A stretch of 64,000 bases of DNA from Felis catus (taxonomy: Eukaryota). Numbering within the stretch: the first letter of the stretch is position 1; every line of letters begins with the position of its first letter. This document shows, one piece after another, positions 23,357 through 36,004 of this stretch. The stretch covers positions 216,010,001-216,074,000 of the forward strand of contig NC_058368.1 of the NCBI RefSeq assembly GCF_018350175.1, in the 5' to 3' direction. The notes under the pieces were generated by a model, which saw only the letters and a list, made by a program, of their open reading frames with translations, made no database searches and was not told the DNA's origin. The translations under genes and the position numbers were made by a program.

Positions 23357-23801
23357 TTTTTTTAATGTTTGCTTATTTATTTTTGCGAGAGAGAGAGAGT
23401 GCAAGTGGTGGAGAGGCAGAGAGAAGGTGAGACAGAGAATCCAGGTTTCACACTGTTAGCACAGAGCCCGACATGGGGCACGATCTCAAGAACCCTGAGA
23501 TCATGACCTGAGCTGAGATCAAAAGTTGGATGCCTGGGGTGCCTAGGTGGCTCAGTCGCTTAAGCATCTGACTTCGGCTCAGATCATGATCCTGCAGTTT
23601 GTGAGTTCAAGCCCTACCTTACGCTTTGTGCTGACAGCTCAGAGCCTGGAGACTGCTTTGGATTCTGTCTCTCCTTCTGTCTTTACTCCTCCACTATTCA
23701 TGCTCTATCTCTCTCTGTTTCTCAAAAAAATGAATAAACAGTAAAAAATTTAAAAAAATATATGAGTTGGGCGCTCAACTGACTGAGCCACCCAGTGACC
23801 C
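23357..23801 (-). mobile_element. Can-SINE interrupted by a second SINE
   Basis: Stops at gagatcaaaagttggatgcct and resumes at gagttgggcgctcaactgactgagccaccc. Confidence 0.9.
23536..23762 (+). mobile_element. Can-SINE nested in an opposite-strand SINE
   Basis: ggggtgcctaggtggctcagtc head to A tail; degenerate duplication agttggRYgc. Confidence 0.92.
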
Positions 23802-23899
23802 ATATATTTCAATATCACATTTAATTATCTCACAGTTCTTTCAGGCTAAGAGATTTTGAATAGTTTATTAACTCAATGATTTCATTCACAAAGGAGGAC

Positions 23900-24490
23900 T
23901 TTATAAATTATTCTATATGGAAATAAGTCAGGATCCATGAGGTGCCAGGTCACTTTCTTCTTTTGAACATCCTGGGCTCAGGCAGATAGAAACCCCAGCA
24001 CTTCATGGACCCCTGGCTTAGAAAGGCCTTTCTCAAAAAGTTCTAAATCCATCTCGAGTGTTTGCAATGAAGCAAAGACCTCCGGGACACCCAGGTGGGA
24101 CAACCTGAGCTCAGAATTGGGTCTGTTTGGCCCTGAAGTCACCCTTCTCCATTTTGGAACTCTCCCTGATACCGATACTGTTGCAAGTTTCATTTCCCTA
24201 CCATTCCATGAAATTATAGAATAACCAGTCACATCCTCCTGTGCGGCCAGGGGTCACTCATCCCTTGACGCTACAAAGTCTGCCTCTCACAGCTTCTGCT
24301 CCTTCACTATGTACCTAAGTGCACCTCCTTTGTGGCCTTGTGCGGCTAGCGCTGTTATCCTCCCTGAGTTCTGAGTAAACAGTGAACGTGAGTAGTAAAT
24401 GGCTGTTGACCTCATTCTGGTGTTAGGTATCATGTGTTTGGCCATCCCCCATAACTCTAGGTGGGAATCCCTCCTTCACTGTAAAATACC
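23900..24490 (+). mobile_element. MER74-like ERVL LTR
   Basis: cagtcacatcctcctg, ctacaaagtctgcctctcacagc and catgtgtttggccatcccccataactctagg match recalled MER74 consensus. Confidence 0.7.
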
Positions 24491-25664
24491 CATGGAAGCA
24501 ATCTCAGTATGGCTGCGTAGAGGTCAGTGAGCTTCCATTCTTGAAATTTCTGAGTATTTCAATAGAAGAGAGCTATTTCTGCTCTTGTCTTTGTTACATT
24601 AACTTAATTTTACTTGTCAAAATGTTATTGCAGATTGCTAAAAGGCGTTTTCAAAAGCCACCTTAAAGATCTCTGCTATTCATAGAGGCATTTATATACA
24701 AAAAATATATATACACAACAACAACAAATGTGGTAGATTAAGATATAGTTGCTTAAAGATTATAAGGATGGATGGTCGGTCAGCTAGGTTGCTAATTCTT
24801 ATTTTCTGGAATGAAATCTTAATCTCTTTAAAATTTAAAAAAAAAAAAGAAAAAAAAACCTTCAGCATATTAATAGGAATTCTTTCTACTCTCCGGAAGA
24901 AGCTATAAATTACATCAGACCAAAAAGAAAAAAAAAAAAAAATAGTCCCAGACAAGGTTTGGGATAAGAGATTTTCTTCATCCACTCTAGATTGCATTCA
25001 ATATAAGCACATATTTTAAAATTAAGTATTTTTTTTTCTGAATTTTCTACTCATGTGCCATATACTTGTCTCAATTTTTTTGCAAAGTCCTCACATTCAC
25101 AACCAGACCAGATATAAACCATAGAATATTTGAATTCTTATTGCCAGGTAGCAGCTGCGATTCAGCACCATTTTTTTTCCTGTCACAGGTAATCTACATT
25201 TTTGTCTTTTATCTCTTCTTTGTGCCAAGAGACGTATATTCTAACTATTTCATCTAAATATTTACAAAGGAAAAAATAATGAGCAGGATTTGTGAAGAAA
25301 TGAATTCAAACTCTTAGACTATTTCAAAAGCAAAACATTTACAAATCTGCTTGATTTCACTGAGAAAATCTGCATATATTTATTACTGTTTTGACATAAA
25401 CAATTTTGAAATCTTGAGAATATCTGTGCCTTTCCAAACTGAGTAAGATTAATAGAAAGTACTTACGTGATTTTGAAAGTTATATATTAGAAAATTCAAG
25501 AATCTTATGCTTAAGATTTATTCAGTTGACAGTTTTAGATTCATTAGTTAAATGTTTCATTTACTAAAGCATTACCTAAGCCATATGGTGTATAAGATAA
25601 AATGCAAGGAAGTGACTTAAGAAAAAAACATACAATAGGAAAATTACTAAAAAAGGTGTTCGAG

Positions 25665-25830
25665 ATGGTGTTTCTCGTTAGAACTTTTGCCATTTGGGAA
25701 GAAACAGTCTTTCTTTCTGTCAGAGAGTCTCCTGCATTGTAGGATGTGTGGCATCTCTGGGTCTTTGTCACTAAGTTACAGTAGCAACTCACAATCGCTG
25801 GGACCACCAATAATTCTGTCACTTCATTAC
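25665..25830. mobile_element. MER20-like hAT DNA transposon relic
   Basis: cctgcattgtaggatgtgtggcatctctgg...cagtagca core. Confidence 0.65.
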
Positions 25831-25921
25831 AACTGCATCTGGTTGGTGTAACTCCCAGTAAAGACAGTTTGAGCTTCCATATAATCTATTCCAGAGTATA
25901 TCATCTAGCAGACTCCTTTTC

Positions 25922-26140
25922 TTTTCTTTTTTAAATTTTTTTAAATGTTTATTTATTTTTGAAAGAGAGACAGAGTGAGAGGCAGAGGGGCAGAGAGAGA
26001 AGGAGTCACAGAATCCGAAGCAGGCTCCAGGCTCCTAGCTGTCAGCGCAGAGCCCGACGCGGGGCTTGAACTCACGGAGTGTAAGATCATGACCTGAGCT
26101 GAAGTCGGACGCTTAACCGACTGAGCCACTGAAGCGCCCC
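25922..26140 (-). mobile_element. Felid Can-SINE
   Basis: Perfect 16-bp TSD tagcagactccttttc at 25906-25921 and 26141-26156. Confidence 0.97.
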
Positions 26141-26434
26141 TAGCAGACTCCTTTTCAATATTGCCGAGTGCTTTAGCTATTTCTCTGTTTTTCCTTTGGC
26201 CCCACTAAAGTGATGACTCTTCTAAAAGAGTTGAATATGTCTCTCTTTCTCTTTTCCCCCTCTTCCTGGGGCTATGACCTATCCTCTGATGACCATGTAC
26301 AACAAGGAACCACATTCTCATGGATTTCAAGAAAACTCTTGGCTACTTGGAATTTAATTTAACACACTGCCCCAATATACCTATAAATCTTACAACATTG
26401 TTTCTTTCTTCCTCAGCTCCCCCATACTCCCACC

Positions 26435-26720
26435 TTGTTCATTCTTCAGGCTTTAGTCAGGAAAACAGATATTACACTAGTTGTTTTAACAAAGTTCAGG
26501 TAAAGGATTTTTTGGACAGGTAGTAGAGGGCTGAAAGACAAAATATAGGGTTGGCACCAAGGTAGCAGAGAGACAATAACTGCAGGAAACATCTGTCACC
26601 AATGGGGTCGGAAGGAACAAATGGATGAAGAAGAAAGACCCCGAAGAGCTGAGGCTCAGAACCAGAAGTCAGGACACTGACGAATTCCTGCTAGTGCCAG
26701 TTGGAAGCAGAACGTTGAGA
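26435..26720. mobile_element. Old LTR fragment (LTR78/79-like)
   Basis: agtcaggaaaacagatattacactag start motif. Confidence 0.45.
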
Positions 26721-26939
26721 CATCCTCTTAAAAGTTCAGCTAACTCACCGGATAGGGTATGGAACATACATGTTGGAGTCATATGTAAGACATGATATGG
26801 TACAGATGTTAAACCAATATCTTGCTGAGAAGATTTGCAGCCAGAAATCAAGATACGATAGTAGGGTTGGCTTCTGTTACCATCGCTCTTAGTAACCAGT
26901 TGAAAAATTTGTTTCCCATCGTTTCTAGTCGATAAGGAA

Positions 26940-27750
26940 TTGGTTATCCTAGTCTCCATGAGGTGGAGGAAGGGAATACTTTCTGTGAATTAAGGTTATG
27001 AATGCTCTCAGTTCATGTGGACTCTTAATGATGATGAATCAGCAAGCAAGGAGCAAAGACATTGCTCTACTGGGGGGCAAACTTTCCAGAGTAGAGTGAG
27101 ATGCTGGAGATGTTACTACCTAATGAAGACAGGAAAGAGGAAGTCTGGAACTAATAGAATTCACTGAGGTACCTGTGGGTGTTTACGTACTTGTAACAAC
27201 TATCAACTGGCAGGCTCAGTGACCACGGCCTGACAAGGGTTAGGTAAGCAGATGGTCAGAACCATCAGGGATCCATGTCTACACCTTTCTACTCAACAGG
27301 AAAAGCAACCAGCTGAAGTGCTAGCCCGAACTGAGGGTTACTAGAGAAGGAGATGGATATTTCCTACAGCCTTGGGAGTAGTTGGTACAGTAGGGACCAT
27401 AGCTTCTTCCACTTCTGATGTCACATCATTTAGGTATTAAGTTTAGCTGTAACTTCAAAGCATCCATAAGAGAAACAACTCAGTGTAAAACATAGGCAGA
27501 TTTGAAGGAATGGACTATAGAAAATTGTGGATGCATTTCTCCACATTTTCTTGATCCCCTCTGAAGCCAGTTGTAGCTACAGAAGACATTTTCTATGCAC
27601 GCATAAGATATCTGACCTCCAGCCTCTGTGTCACTCTGTTTGTTTGACAGAAGGCTTTCTATAGTGCTACGGGAGTTAGTAGATCAATGAGTATTGGGAT
27701 TCAAATCTTGGGACTAGGGTCCCCGCCACCCGGGGTCAGTGCCTCTGATG
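26940..27750 (+). mobile_element. ERVL (ERV3-16A3-like) internal 3' end plus LTR16-like LTR fragment
   Basis: Decayed pol 3' region (gaatcagcaagcaagg, gtctggaac, ccagctgaagtgctagc), then LTR-like sequence from about 27515. Confidence 0.65.
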
Positions 27751-28164
27751 AAGTTTAATGGGACTGGTTATAGCAGGGCAGAATCAGTTCTGACTGAAGT
27801 CCATTGATATGGTTATTGCTGCAATGGCAATGAGAATGTAAAGGAGCACTTGGATATTCCTCCTGCAGCATGCAGCTGGCCCCCTGGGTGTTCCTATTGG
27901 AAGAACTAAAGTGGTAATCGGATGACAAAGGAAAGAGACACTGGCAGAGTCCCCATACTGGTAGCACAAAATAAATAAAGAAGGGTGAGTTTTAACACAA
28001 TATCTTAAAGTTATATATTTGAATAGTCTCCTGATTTATTTCTTAGGACCCTGATTTTATTATTTTTTTTTTTATTGCTAAAATGTTTGGTAATCTATGG
28101 TAAGTTATAGCTAATGAGAAACCTTCAAGAAATGTTTGTGTTTTCCTTTGAGAATACTGTTTTC

Positions 28165-28424
28165 ACCTACTTAGGCTGTGATAACTAAGTAACATGAACT
28201 GGGTACCTTAAGCCCTCTTTTCGCCACATCCTCAGGACAAAGAGAGGAAGCTCTGGTGTCTCTTGCTCTCCTTATGAGGTCGCTTAATTCCACCATCATG
28301 GCTCCACATTCACAATCTCACCTAAACCTAATTATTTCCCAAAGATCTTACCTCCAAATACCATTATATTGGGGTTAGTGTTTCAATATATGAATGAGGG
28401 AGCATAAACATTCAGTCCATAAAA
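28165..28424 (-). mobile_element. MLT1A-like LTR with internal deletion
   Basis: cctccaaataccattatattggggttag...aaacattcagtccata. Confidence 0.8.
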
Positions 28425-28430
28425 AAATAG

Positions 28431-28770
28431 CACAAAATATCTATATGATTTCATTCATTTGCAGAATTTAAGAAACAAAACTGATGAAAATGGGGAAGGG
28501 AAGCAAAAATAAGATAGAAACAGAGAGAGGGAAACCATAAGAGACTCTTAAATACAGAGAACAAACTGAGGGTTGCTGGAGGGGTGTTGGGTGAGGGGAT
28601 GGGTTAAATGGGTGATGGGCATTAGGAGGGCACTTGTTGGGATGAGTACTGGCCATTATATGTAAGTAGTGAATCACTAAATTCTATTCCTGAAGCCATC
28701 ATTATACTATATGTTAACTAATTTGGATTTAAATGTAAAAAATAATCAAAAAAACAGAAGAAAGAAAAGA
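28431..28770 (+). mobile_element. Carnivore L1 3' end
   Basis: aaaccataagagactcttaaatacagagaacaaactgagggttgctgg...tatgttaactaa plus A tail. Confidence 0.9.
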
Positions 28771-30779
28771 GGAGATGGTAGTTGGGTTTCTTTATGTTGC
28801 AGAATGCTGACATGACAGATGTCCCTAAAAGTGGACTTTTCTTGTTCTTCTTAGCAACTCATAGTGGTACATGATATTGACACCTCATAAGAATTCTCAT
28901 TTCAAGGTCATGCAGACTTCACTATAAGTAAATTTAAAATCTGTTTTATTTGCTTTTTTGTATAGTGGTAAGTCTTTTCTAATCAATTCCTCTCATTTCA
29001 GAAGAAAGTCTCTCTAGGTTTTGTGTTAAATCAATATATAGAAACTTGTAAATACAGTGTTAATAAATATAGTGCTAACAGTTTACAATACAATTCACTC
29101 AAGTAGATGGTGGCAGGGGACATCTTGTGGTCAAAACAGCAAGTGAACTTCTTTGAACTAAATTAAGAACTAGCAGAAGACAATCACTTTATATGAAAAA
29201 GAAAATAGAGGAAAGACAGATGTAAGACACAATAGATCTAAAACTAAAGCAAGTAACAGTGTAATTATTACCTATAAGAAAACCTATCAGAATTGACCTA
29301 GCAATCAAAATGTGAAAAGAAAAACACAATTACAAAAAAATGAAACAAAGCCTTTTAATCTAAAATATCCCTAGTCAACGTAAAGTTATTCAAGTGTACT
29401 AGTTTCTATTGTGTGAGTTTTAAATTCCAATCAATCATTGAATCTGTTCAGTTCCTCTCATATTTCCTTTCAATATTATACTTTAAGAATAAAAAAATAG
29501 ACAAAAAAGTTAAAAAAAGAAATAGAATGATCATGGTTTTTAATTTGCCTCATAGTTTAAGTAATTTTTTGTTATATTTACTTCTGTCCATTTATATCTT
29601 TCTGTCCTTTATTTACTTATGTAATTACATTGCTGAACCATTTCACATTTTCTGCACATTGGGCATATAAAACTCTAGTTATGTATCTTCTAAGTATATT
29701 TCCTATCTACAATTGATGCTATTATTATATGCAAAACATTTTTAAATGGTATCATTTAAATTCCATTCCATATTTAAATGTTCCCCACTTCCTAAAAATT
29801 TGTCATTATAGTCAATTGGTTTACAAACCAGGATTCTATCAAAATGAAAGTATTGACAAAAGTTTCTTTTATTTCTTCAGTCTACTACCCTTTTCCCTTC
29901 TCCATTTTAGCTTTTTGAAATATTTCTCCACAATATTTGCGGTGAAAATTTCAAACCAACAGCAATTTTAGAAGTACTTTCACAGTGACTATTATACTTA
30001 TCACCTATATTGTTTCATTAATATTTCACTTCATTAATCACATATTTACTCATAACTTCATTTCTATGTCTATCCTCATTCCACCATAATTGACATTGGC
30101 CAATTACTTTACCTTTGAGAATGGCCCTAAAGTCTATAAAAATGTGCAGATGGGCTGATGCTTGGCTAGAACATCATCCAGTACTAGGATGACCGACAGA
30201 AGTTTAGTCAATTGTGATGACCCTTGGGTCTTATTATTATAATTTTTTAAATCAGGATTTTCTAGTTGTTAATGGATGGAAAACAGTAACTTCCCACTAT
30301 GCTCCATGATGTGTGATAAGGGTTATGCCTTTTGCAAATTATACAAACTCCATTCACCATTTACTCAGTTGATCTTAGAAGGCTCCCTCACTAGCCAAGA
30401 GGTCTGAGAAAGGAGTGTCTTCCTCTAGCAACATGACATCTGTCGAGGTCAGTGGCAACTACCCCTTTTTGCAGGTGGAATTTATAAGAGGTTCTGTGTT
30501 TACCTCCTTCCTGTAGCGAAGATACTTCAATAGCTGTGCTGAATTTGTGTGTTGTGGCTTCCATGACCCAAGATATAGTGGGTAACTTGGTATGAAGATT
30601 CAGGAATTGTCACCCTAATGACATTTTGTGGGACCAAGAGCCACGAGGTGCAGTTTCTTCCATCACAAATCTATGGCAACCTATGGCCATAAACTAAAGG
30701 CTAAAGACTCCAACAGCCAGGAGATAAAGTTTTTAAAGTGTCTACAGTGAAAAGAGTCTTTGTTAGAATTAAGGGGATT

Positions 30780-30994
30780 GGGGCGCCTGGGTGGCGCAGT
30801 CGGTTAAGCGTCCGACTTCAGCCAGGTCACGATCTCGCGGTCCGTGAGTTCGATCCCCGCGTCAGGCTCTGGGCTGATGGCTCAGAGCCTGGAGCCTGTT
30901 TCCGATTCTGTGTCTCACTCTCTCTCTGCCCCTTCTCCATTCATGCTCTGTCTCTCTCTGTCCCAAAAATAAATAAACGTTGGAAAAAAAAAAT
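30780..30994 (+). mobile_element. Very young felid Can-SINE
   Basis: CpGs largely intact; perfect 17-bp TSD ttagaattaaggggatt at 30763-30779 and 30995-31011. Confidence 0.98.
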
Positions 30995-32290
30995 TTAGAA
31001 TTAAGGGGATTGTCTGTTGAATTGAAATTTGTATAGATAGTATACCTTTTATTGAAGGGAATTTCATTCAATATGGGCTAATTTTCCAGTAATAGAATAA
31101 GTTTTCTTCAGTAAAATGTGTCTAAAAAAATCCTAAAAGATAGTGGGCTTGTTTTAGGTCTTGAGAGGGTCATTCTTGGCAATGTCAGGGATGGATGGCC
31201 TTTAGTTTATCATGTAGTTTTCAGAAATTGAAACGTGGTAGTGAGTCTTTGCTTGGTGAAAGACAATGCTAATCTCTTTTTTGGTGAGCTCCTTTGTAAA
31301 TATTTTTATGTTCTGAATATGTCAAATTAACTTCCTCAGAGGGGAATGTCTTCAGTAGAAGTTTATAGTTGTACTTCTGGTTAGAAATTAGATGTGGGTA
31401 AGAAATTGCCTGCAAAACTTGCATGAACTGCCAAAGCTATCAGGGTACACTATAGATAGTCTGATAAAGTGTATGTTGTTTCTTCATCTCAGTAGACGTT
31501 GAAAGAGGTATTGAAGAGAATATATTAGTTCAAACTCTGACAGCAAAATATTTACTAGTTGCTCATTGGTTAGAGTTAGTAGTCTCATAATATTGGTCAG
31601 TGGGTGGGGCCACGACATTAAGTGGCATTGAGGTTGTGGTGATGCATGTGAGGTCCCATTCATTCTTTTCAAGTTTAAGAACCGGCCAGCTAGGACTGCA
31701 AATGAAAAAGCAGTGGGAATAATTACAGAATCATGGAATAGGTCTTGTATAATGATTTTTAATCTTTGATTGGATTTGCATTGTTTTGGATTCACTATTT
31801 CGTCTGTGGGAGAAAATCTATGGGTTCTTATGCTGTAAAAACAATTTTCAAGTGCCCAAGGCTTAATTTAATGTACTGCTCATTAGATGAGAGTGCCCAA
31901 GTGCACTGTGGGATGGATGTTTGAGGGCAATGGGTGCTATGACTATGGGCAGTTTAGGTAAGCTAATAGTTAAAATAGCTGAGGTGAGGCATGCCTATTT
32001 GTCTTCTATTTTATCTTCAGTAACTTCCCTAGGATTATAGCAGTACCTTGTTTAAGTTTAGTGGGCTAGTCAGGTATAAATTAAATTTGAGCCCCTGTAT
32101 TGATTAAGGCCGTGAAGTCTTGACAATTCTGCTTTTCAGCAGATGTTAACGTTAAATCAGAATCTATGTTTTCAAAGTGGGAAAACCGATTTGTGCCTTT
32201 TGATCTGTTTATTGTATAAATTAATTTAGTAAGTCTTGGATTTCTTTGTGTCAAAGAACAAAAGATTGGTTTGTGTCAAACTGGATCGAA

Positions 32291-32333
32291 TTCCTTTCTT
32301 CTTCCTTTCTTTCCTCTCTCCCTTCCTTCTTCC

Positions 32334-32374
<41 letters not shown>

Positions 32375-32445
32375 CTTTCTTCCTTCCTTCCTTCCTTCTT
32401 TCTTTCTCTCTTTCTTTCTCTTACTCTTTCTTTCTTTCGTCTCTC
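32291..32445. repeat. (TTTC)n/(TTCC)n polypyrimidine simple repeat
   Basis: About 150 bp almost entirely C/T. Confidence 0.95.
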
Positions 32446-33215
32446 ATTTCTTTAGTTCCTATCACTTGCTCATATTTATGTCTCTTCTTCCAGAGAGGCT
32501 CAAATCGGGATCATCAAGTTAAATGCCTCCCTCATGGTAATTACTGAATTATCTCCTTAGCTCTGCCGCAGGGGTACCATGAGTGTTTTTCCTTATAACT
32601 CTGAGAATTAGTTTATTTTTTGGTGACAAAGACATAGGTAGCAGTGGCAATAACAAAATTCTTTTGAAGGACCCTAGTGAGCCGTGTGCTTTTAGAAATG
32701 TGGATCTTGCAGTTTGAATAGTGGCTGTTTTTCCTTGACAAATGCAACTCTCTCATGGGTCCATATATCACACATGGTATACATCCATCATCTGAGTGCT
32801 CTTTAGAATGGCCAGCCAACCAGATTGAGGTACACCAACGATTGGCACAGAGTAACAATTATTCCTCTGCGTCTAATGTCAGGCATAGCATATGCTGGAA
32901 TGACACACAATTCCATTAAATATATACAGATAGTTATGGGCCAAAGCATACAACCCAGGTTCACTGTAAGGAGGGCCTCAATCCAGTAAGCCTGTCTCTA
33001 AATAGCAATCATCAAAACTTGTAACTTAGATGGGTAATACGTGTAACAGAGGCTGGGTCATACTCAACAAATATAGCACAGGACAGCATACCTCAAAGTG
33101 TAAGCGAGCTAGGAAGCAGCAGCTCAAAGTACATGCATTGAGCAGGCATCAAAGCCAGTTAGGAAGCCAAAACAAGAGAAGAAAGATCACAGGTGATGGT
33201 GGTCATCATCTATAC

Positions 33216-33233
33216 ACCCTGATCACTGTGCCA
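33216..33233 (-). promoter_or_regulatory. Retroviral primer-binding site, tRNA-Ser-like
   Basis: TGGCACAGTGATCAGGGT, 2 nt after the LTR-terminal CA; 15/18 to recalled tRNA-Ser(TGA) complement TGGCGCAGCGAGCAGGGT, two mismatches being CpG decay. Confidence 0.7.
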
Positions 33234-33286
33234 CTTGTTGCAGTCACTATGAATAGATAGGATGGACCCCGTTCAAAATGGGTTCA

Positions 33287-33494
33287 AGGACACCTGGGTG
33301 GCTCAGTCGGTTTAGCCGCGGACCTTGGCTCAAGTCATGATCTCATGGTTAATGAGTTCGAGCCCTGCGTCAGGCTCTGCGCTGACAGCTTGGAGCCTGG
33401 AGGCTGCTTTGGATTCTGTGTCTCCCTCTCTCTTTGTCCCTCCCCCGCTTGTGCTCTATGTCTCTCAAAAATAAATAAACTTAAAAAAAATTTA
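33287..33494 (+). mobile_element. Felid Can-SINE inserted in the ERV LTR
   Basis: TSD aaaatgggttca at 33275-33286 and 33495-33506. Confidence 0.96.
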
Positions 33495-33825
33495 AAAATG
33501 GGTTCATACCTCAAGATTGATGACACCACCTACACAGCGAGAGTACAAAACATTTTTAAGTCACATATTGAGACTTTCTGAAGACAGCAGAAGGATTCAC
33601 AAGTAGGTCCAAAAATGGATTGTGAGAGTAGAGAAAGAAGATTGGTTTGGAGTTTTTACTGTTGTTGGAGAATGGGTCCACAGTAAGGATTCTCACATGG
33701 GCAGGGATTTGCAAGGTTTGAAACTCCCACAAGTAACAAAGGAGGTAGCATCCAAGTTTTTTTGTTTTTTGTTTTTTTTGTTTGGTTTTTTTTTTAGCTC
33801 CTCCAGATGTGGGCTAGTAGAAATA

Positions 33826-33923
33826 TCAGCCCAGAGCCCGACGCAGTGCTCGAACTCACAGACCGCTAGATCATGACCTGAGCCGAAGTTGGACGCTCAA
33901 CGACTGAGCCACCCAGGCTCCTC
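33826..33923 (-). mobile_element. Can-SINE 5' half only (tail deleted)
   Basis: tcagcccagagcccgacg...ctgagccacccagg with no GA run or T tail. Confidence 0.88.
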
Positions 33924-34076
33924 AAATTTGTATATATGGTAAAAAAAAAAAAATTCTATATTATTACCTTACTTAAGGAATTAACTATAGTAAAATAAAC
34001 ACAAACATTTTATATCTATACATATATATTTAGAAATATAAAAACATATACAAAACCTATTTAGAAGTTAACATTC

Positions 34077-34138
34077 ATATATATATATATATACACATGT
34101 ATATATATATATATATATACACATGTATATATATATAT
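34077..34138. repeat. (TA)n with two CACATG interruptions
   Basis: Directly visible. Confidence 0.9.
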
Positions 34139-34669
34139 TGGCTCATTTTAATCAGTATTAATGATCCTTGTACCTTGTAATACCTGTATTCTTATTCTAA
34201 AGTACTCAATATTAAATTAAATTATTCATTCACTTTCTCTAAGCATACAATGACATACTGCCTAACTTAATATGTCTTTTTATTAGTTCAATAAAATAGT
34301 TCAATATCTTAACATGTTCAATTAAGAAACAGTTGCATTCATTCACAAAGGTACATTAAGTTTAATTGTGAATTCAAACCCTACTTGATCTTCTAACCAC
34401 AAAGCATAAAAGTAAAATTCACAGACGTACAGTACATAAATAATTTCCATTAAGTGATTCTTTAGTATTCAAACCTGTTGATGAAATACACCACAAAAAT
34501 AATGAAATCTAAACTGAGTCAGTTAAATAGCCTTTGTATTTTCTGTGTTCAGGGCATTTTCGTATCTAGGAAGAGATCGGCTTTCACTTTCTAAATTTTA
34601 ATTCTCATTGTAATTCAAAGTGAGTATTTCCACTTGTTACTTTATATTGTGTAAAACTATGTGGCTGAT

Positions 34670-34857
34670 TTGGTAGCCATTAGCCACATGTGGTCTCAGA
34701 TGCAAATTAATACAATTTTAAACATTCAGCTGTAGTCACACTAGGTGCGTGTCAGAGGTTTACAAAGTGGCTAGTAACTACCTTATTGGACCCAGTAAAA
34801 AAAAAAAAGGTAAAATTAGAACATCATTTCAGAAACTTTTACTGCACATTAATGCTA
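34670..34857. mobile_element. MER3/MER33-like hAT-Charlie relic
   Basis: ggtagccattagccacatgtgg...gtggctagtaactaccttattggac...tagaacat. Confidence 0.75.
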
Positions 34858-36004
34858 TGAGATATGCAAGATGTAAAATGGGCACAGTATATAAGGAATT
34901 GTACATAATGTTTTAGAACCATTGCTGAATATTCAAATACTTAGCTTGGGATTAAATAGTTCTTCAATCACGTGTACCCTGAAGTTGTTAGAACAGTATC
35001 ACATACTCTTTAAAGTCTATGTTTTTCATAGTATCTGATTTATTTGACATCTTTTTAAAATAGCATTTTGGGTATTTCATTGATTAATTTGCATTCAGTA
35101 AGAAAATTCAGAAAACATGGAATGCTATGAAGAAATGATCCCCAAAGTCCCTGTAATATAAACAGTCAATATTAATTCATTGAAGTATTTTTTTCTAGAA
35201 TTTTGTTTTTTCTAGACATAATTTAAAGATAATTACTAATATGTCTCTTACTGAATGCAAACTTTCAAATATATTTTTTTTACTCAGCAATATATAAATT
35301 CCAGATTACCTCATATTTTCTCAAAAAAAAAGTTACTCTTAACTGTCTTACATAGTGATTGTCACACTGTATATATAAGGGTTCAAAGCAGATTTTTTAT
35401 TTATAAGTCTAATATAATAATTTTCTAACAAAAGTAATTTTTATAAACCCCCAATTAAGCTGTGATCTCTGTGATCATAAAACAATGGAGTATTAGAAGA
35501 CACTAACACTTACACTGAGAAATATAATTCCTAGTCTGATTTTATCTGTTCATGTATCCTTGGAGGGATGTTTTTTTAAAGCAATGACTTCTCTCTTTAA
35601 ATCTGTTCTGCTTGAGAGATTAGTTCCTGGTCTTAGTATGTGATTTGCTATTCATCTTTAAGAATGTGCTAAAAGTTAAAAGCAGCAATTTTAACATTAT
35701 GTCCCAAAAGCAAGAGGGATTACTACTTTTATATGAAAGGATGAAATGTTACAACAGGATTACTATACCCATTAGTGAGAGATAAATTCTGGATGTGGCT
35801 GAGGAGGACTTTAACCATTCTTCATCTTTCACCGATTAACTATTTTGGAGGGATACAACATGAGACATATGAATTGCAGAGGGGAAAGCAAAATCAAGTC
35901 TCAATACTGTGTTCACAAAGTAATGTATAGCTCTCTCTCTACTTCTAGAACACAGACCAATATCATAATCCAGGTCTATTATATTTTCTACAAAACTGGG
36001 CACA

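Larger units (their letters stand above)
30090..33825 (-). mobile_element. Decayed class III (ERVL/ERV-S-like) provirus: partial 5' LTR, PBS, pro, RT and possible env
   Basis: LTR end at 33236; PBS 33216-33233; protease FTALINTGAQI at about 32084-32116; RT remnants IIQDL..VIIPTA..SPSWPVLK, KYFAV..NIFSSIPLS and STEDI (decayed YIDDI) near 31350. Confidence 0.8.

Noticed and set aside
32236..32547. Phe/Leu/Ser-rich membrane-like ORFs
   Set aside because: Produced by the TTTC repeat.
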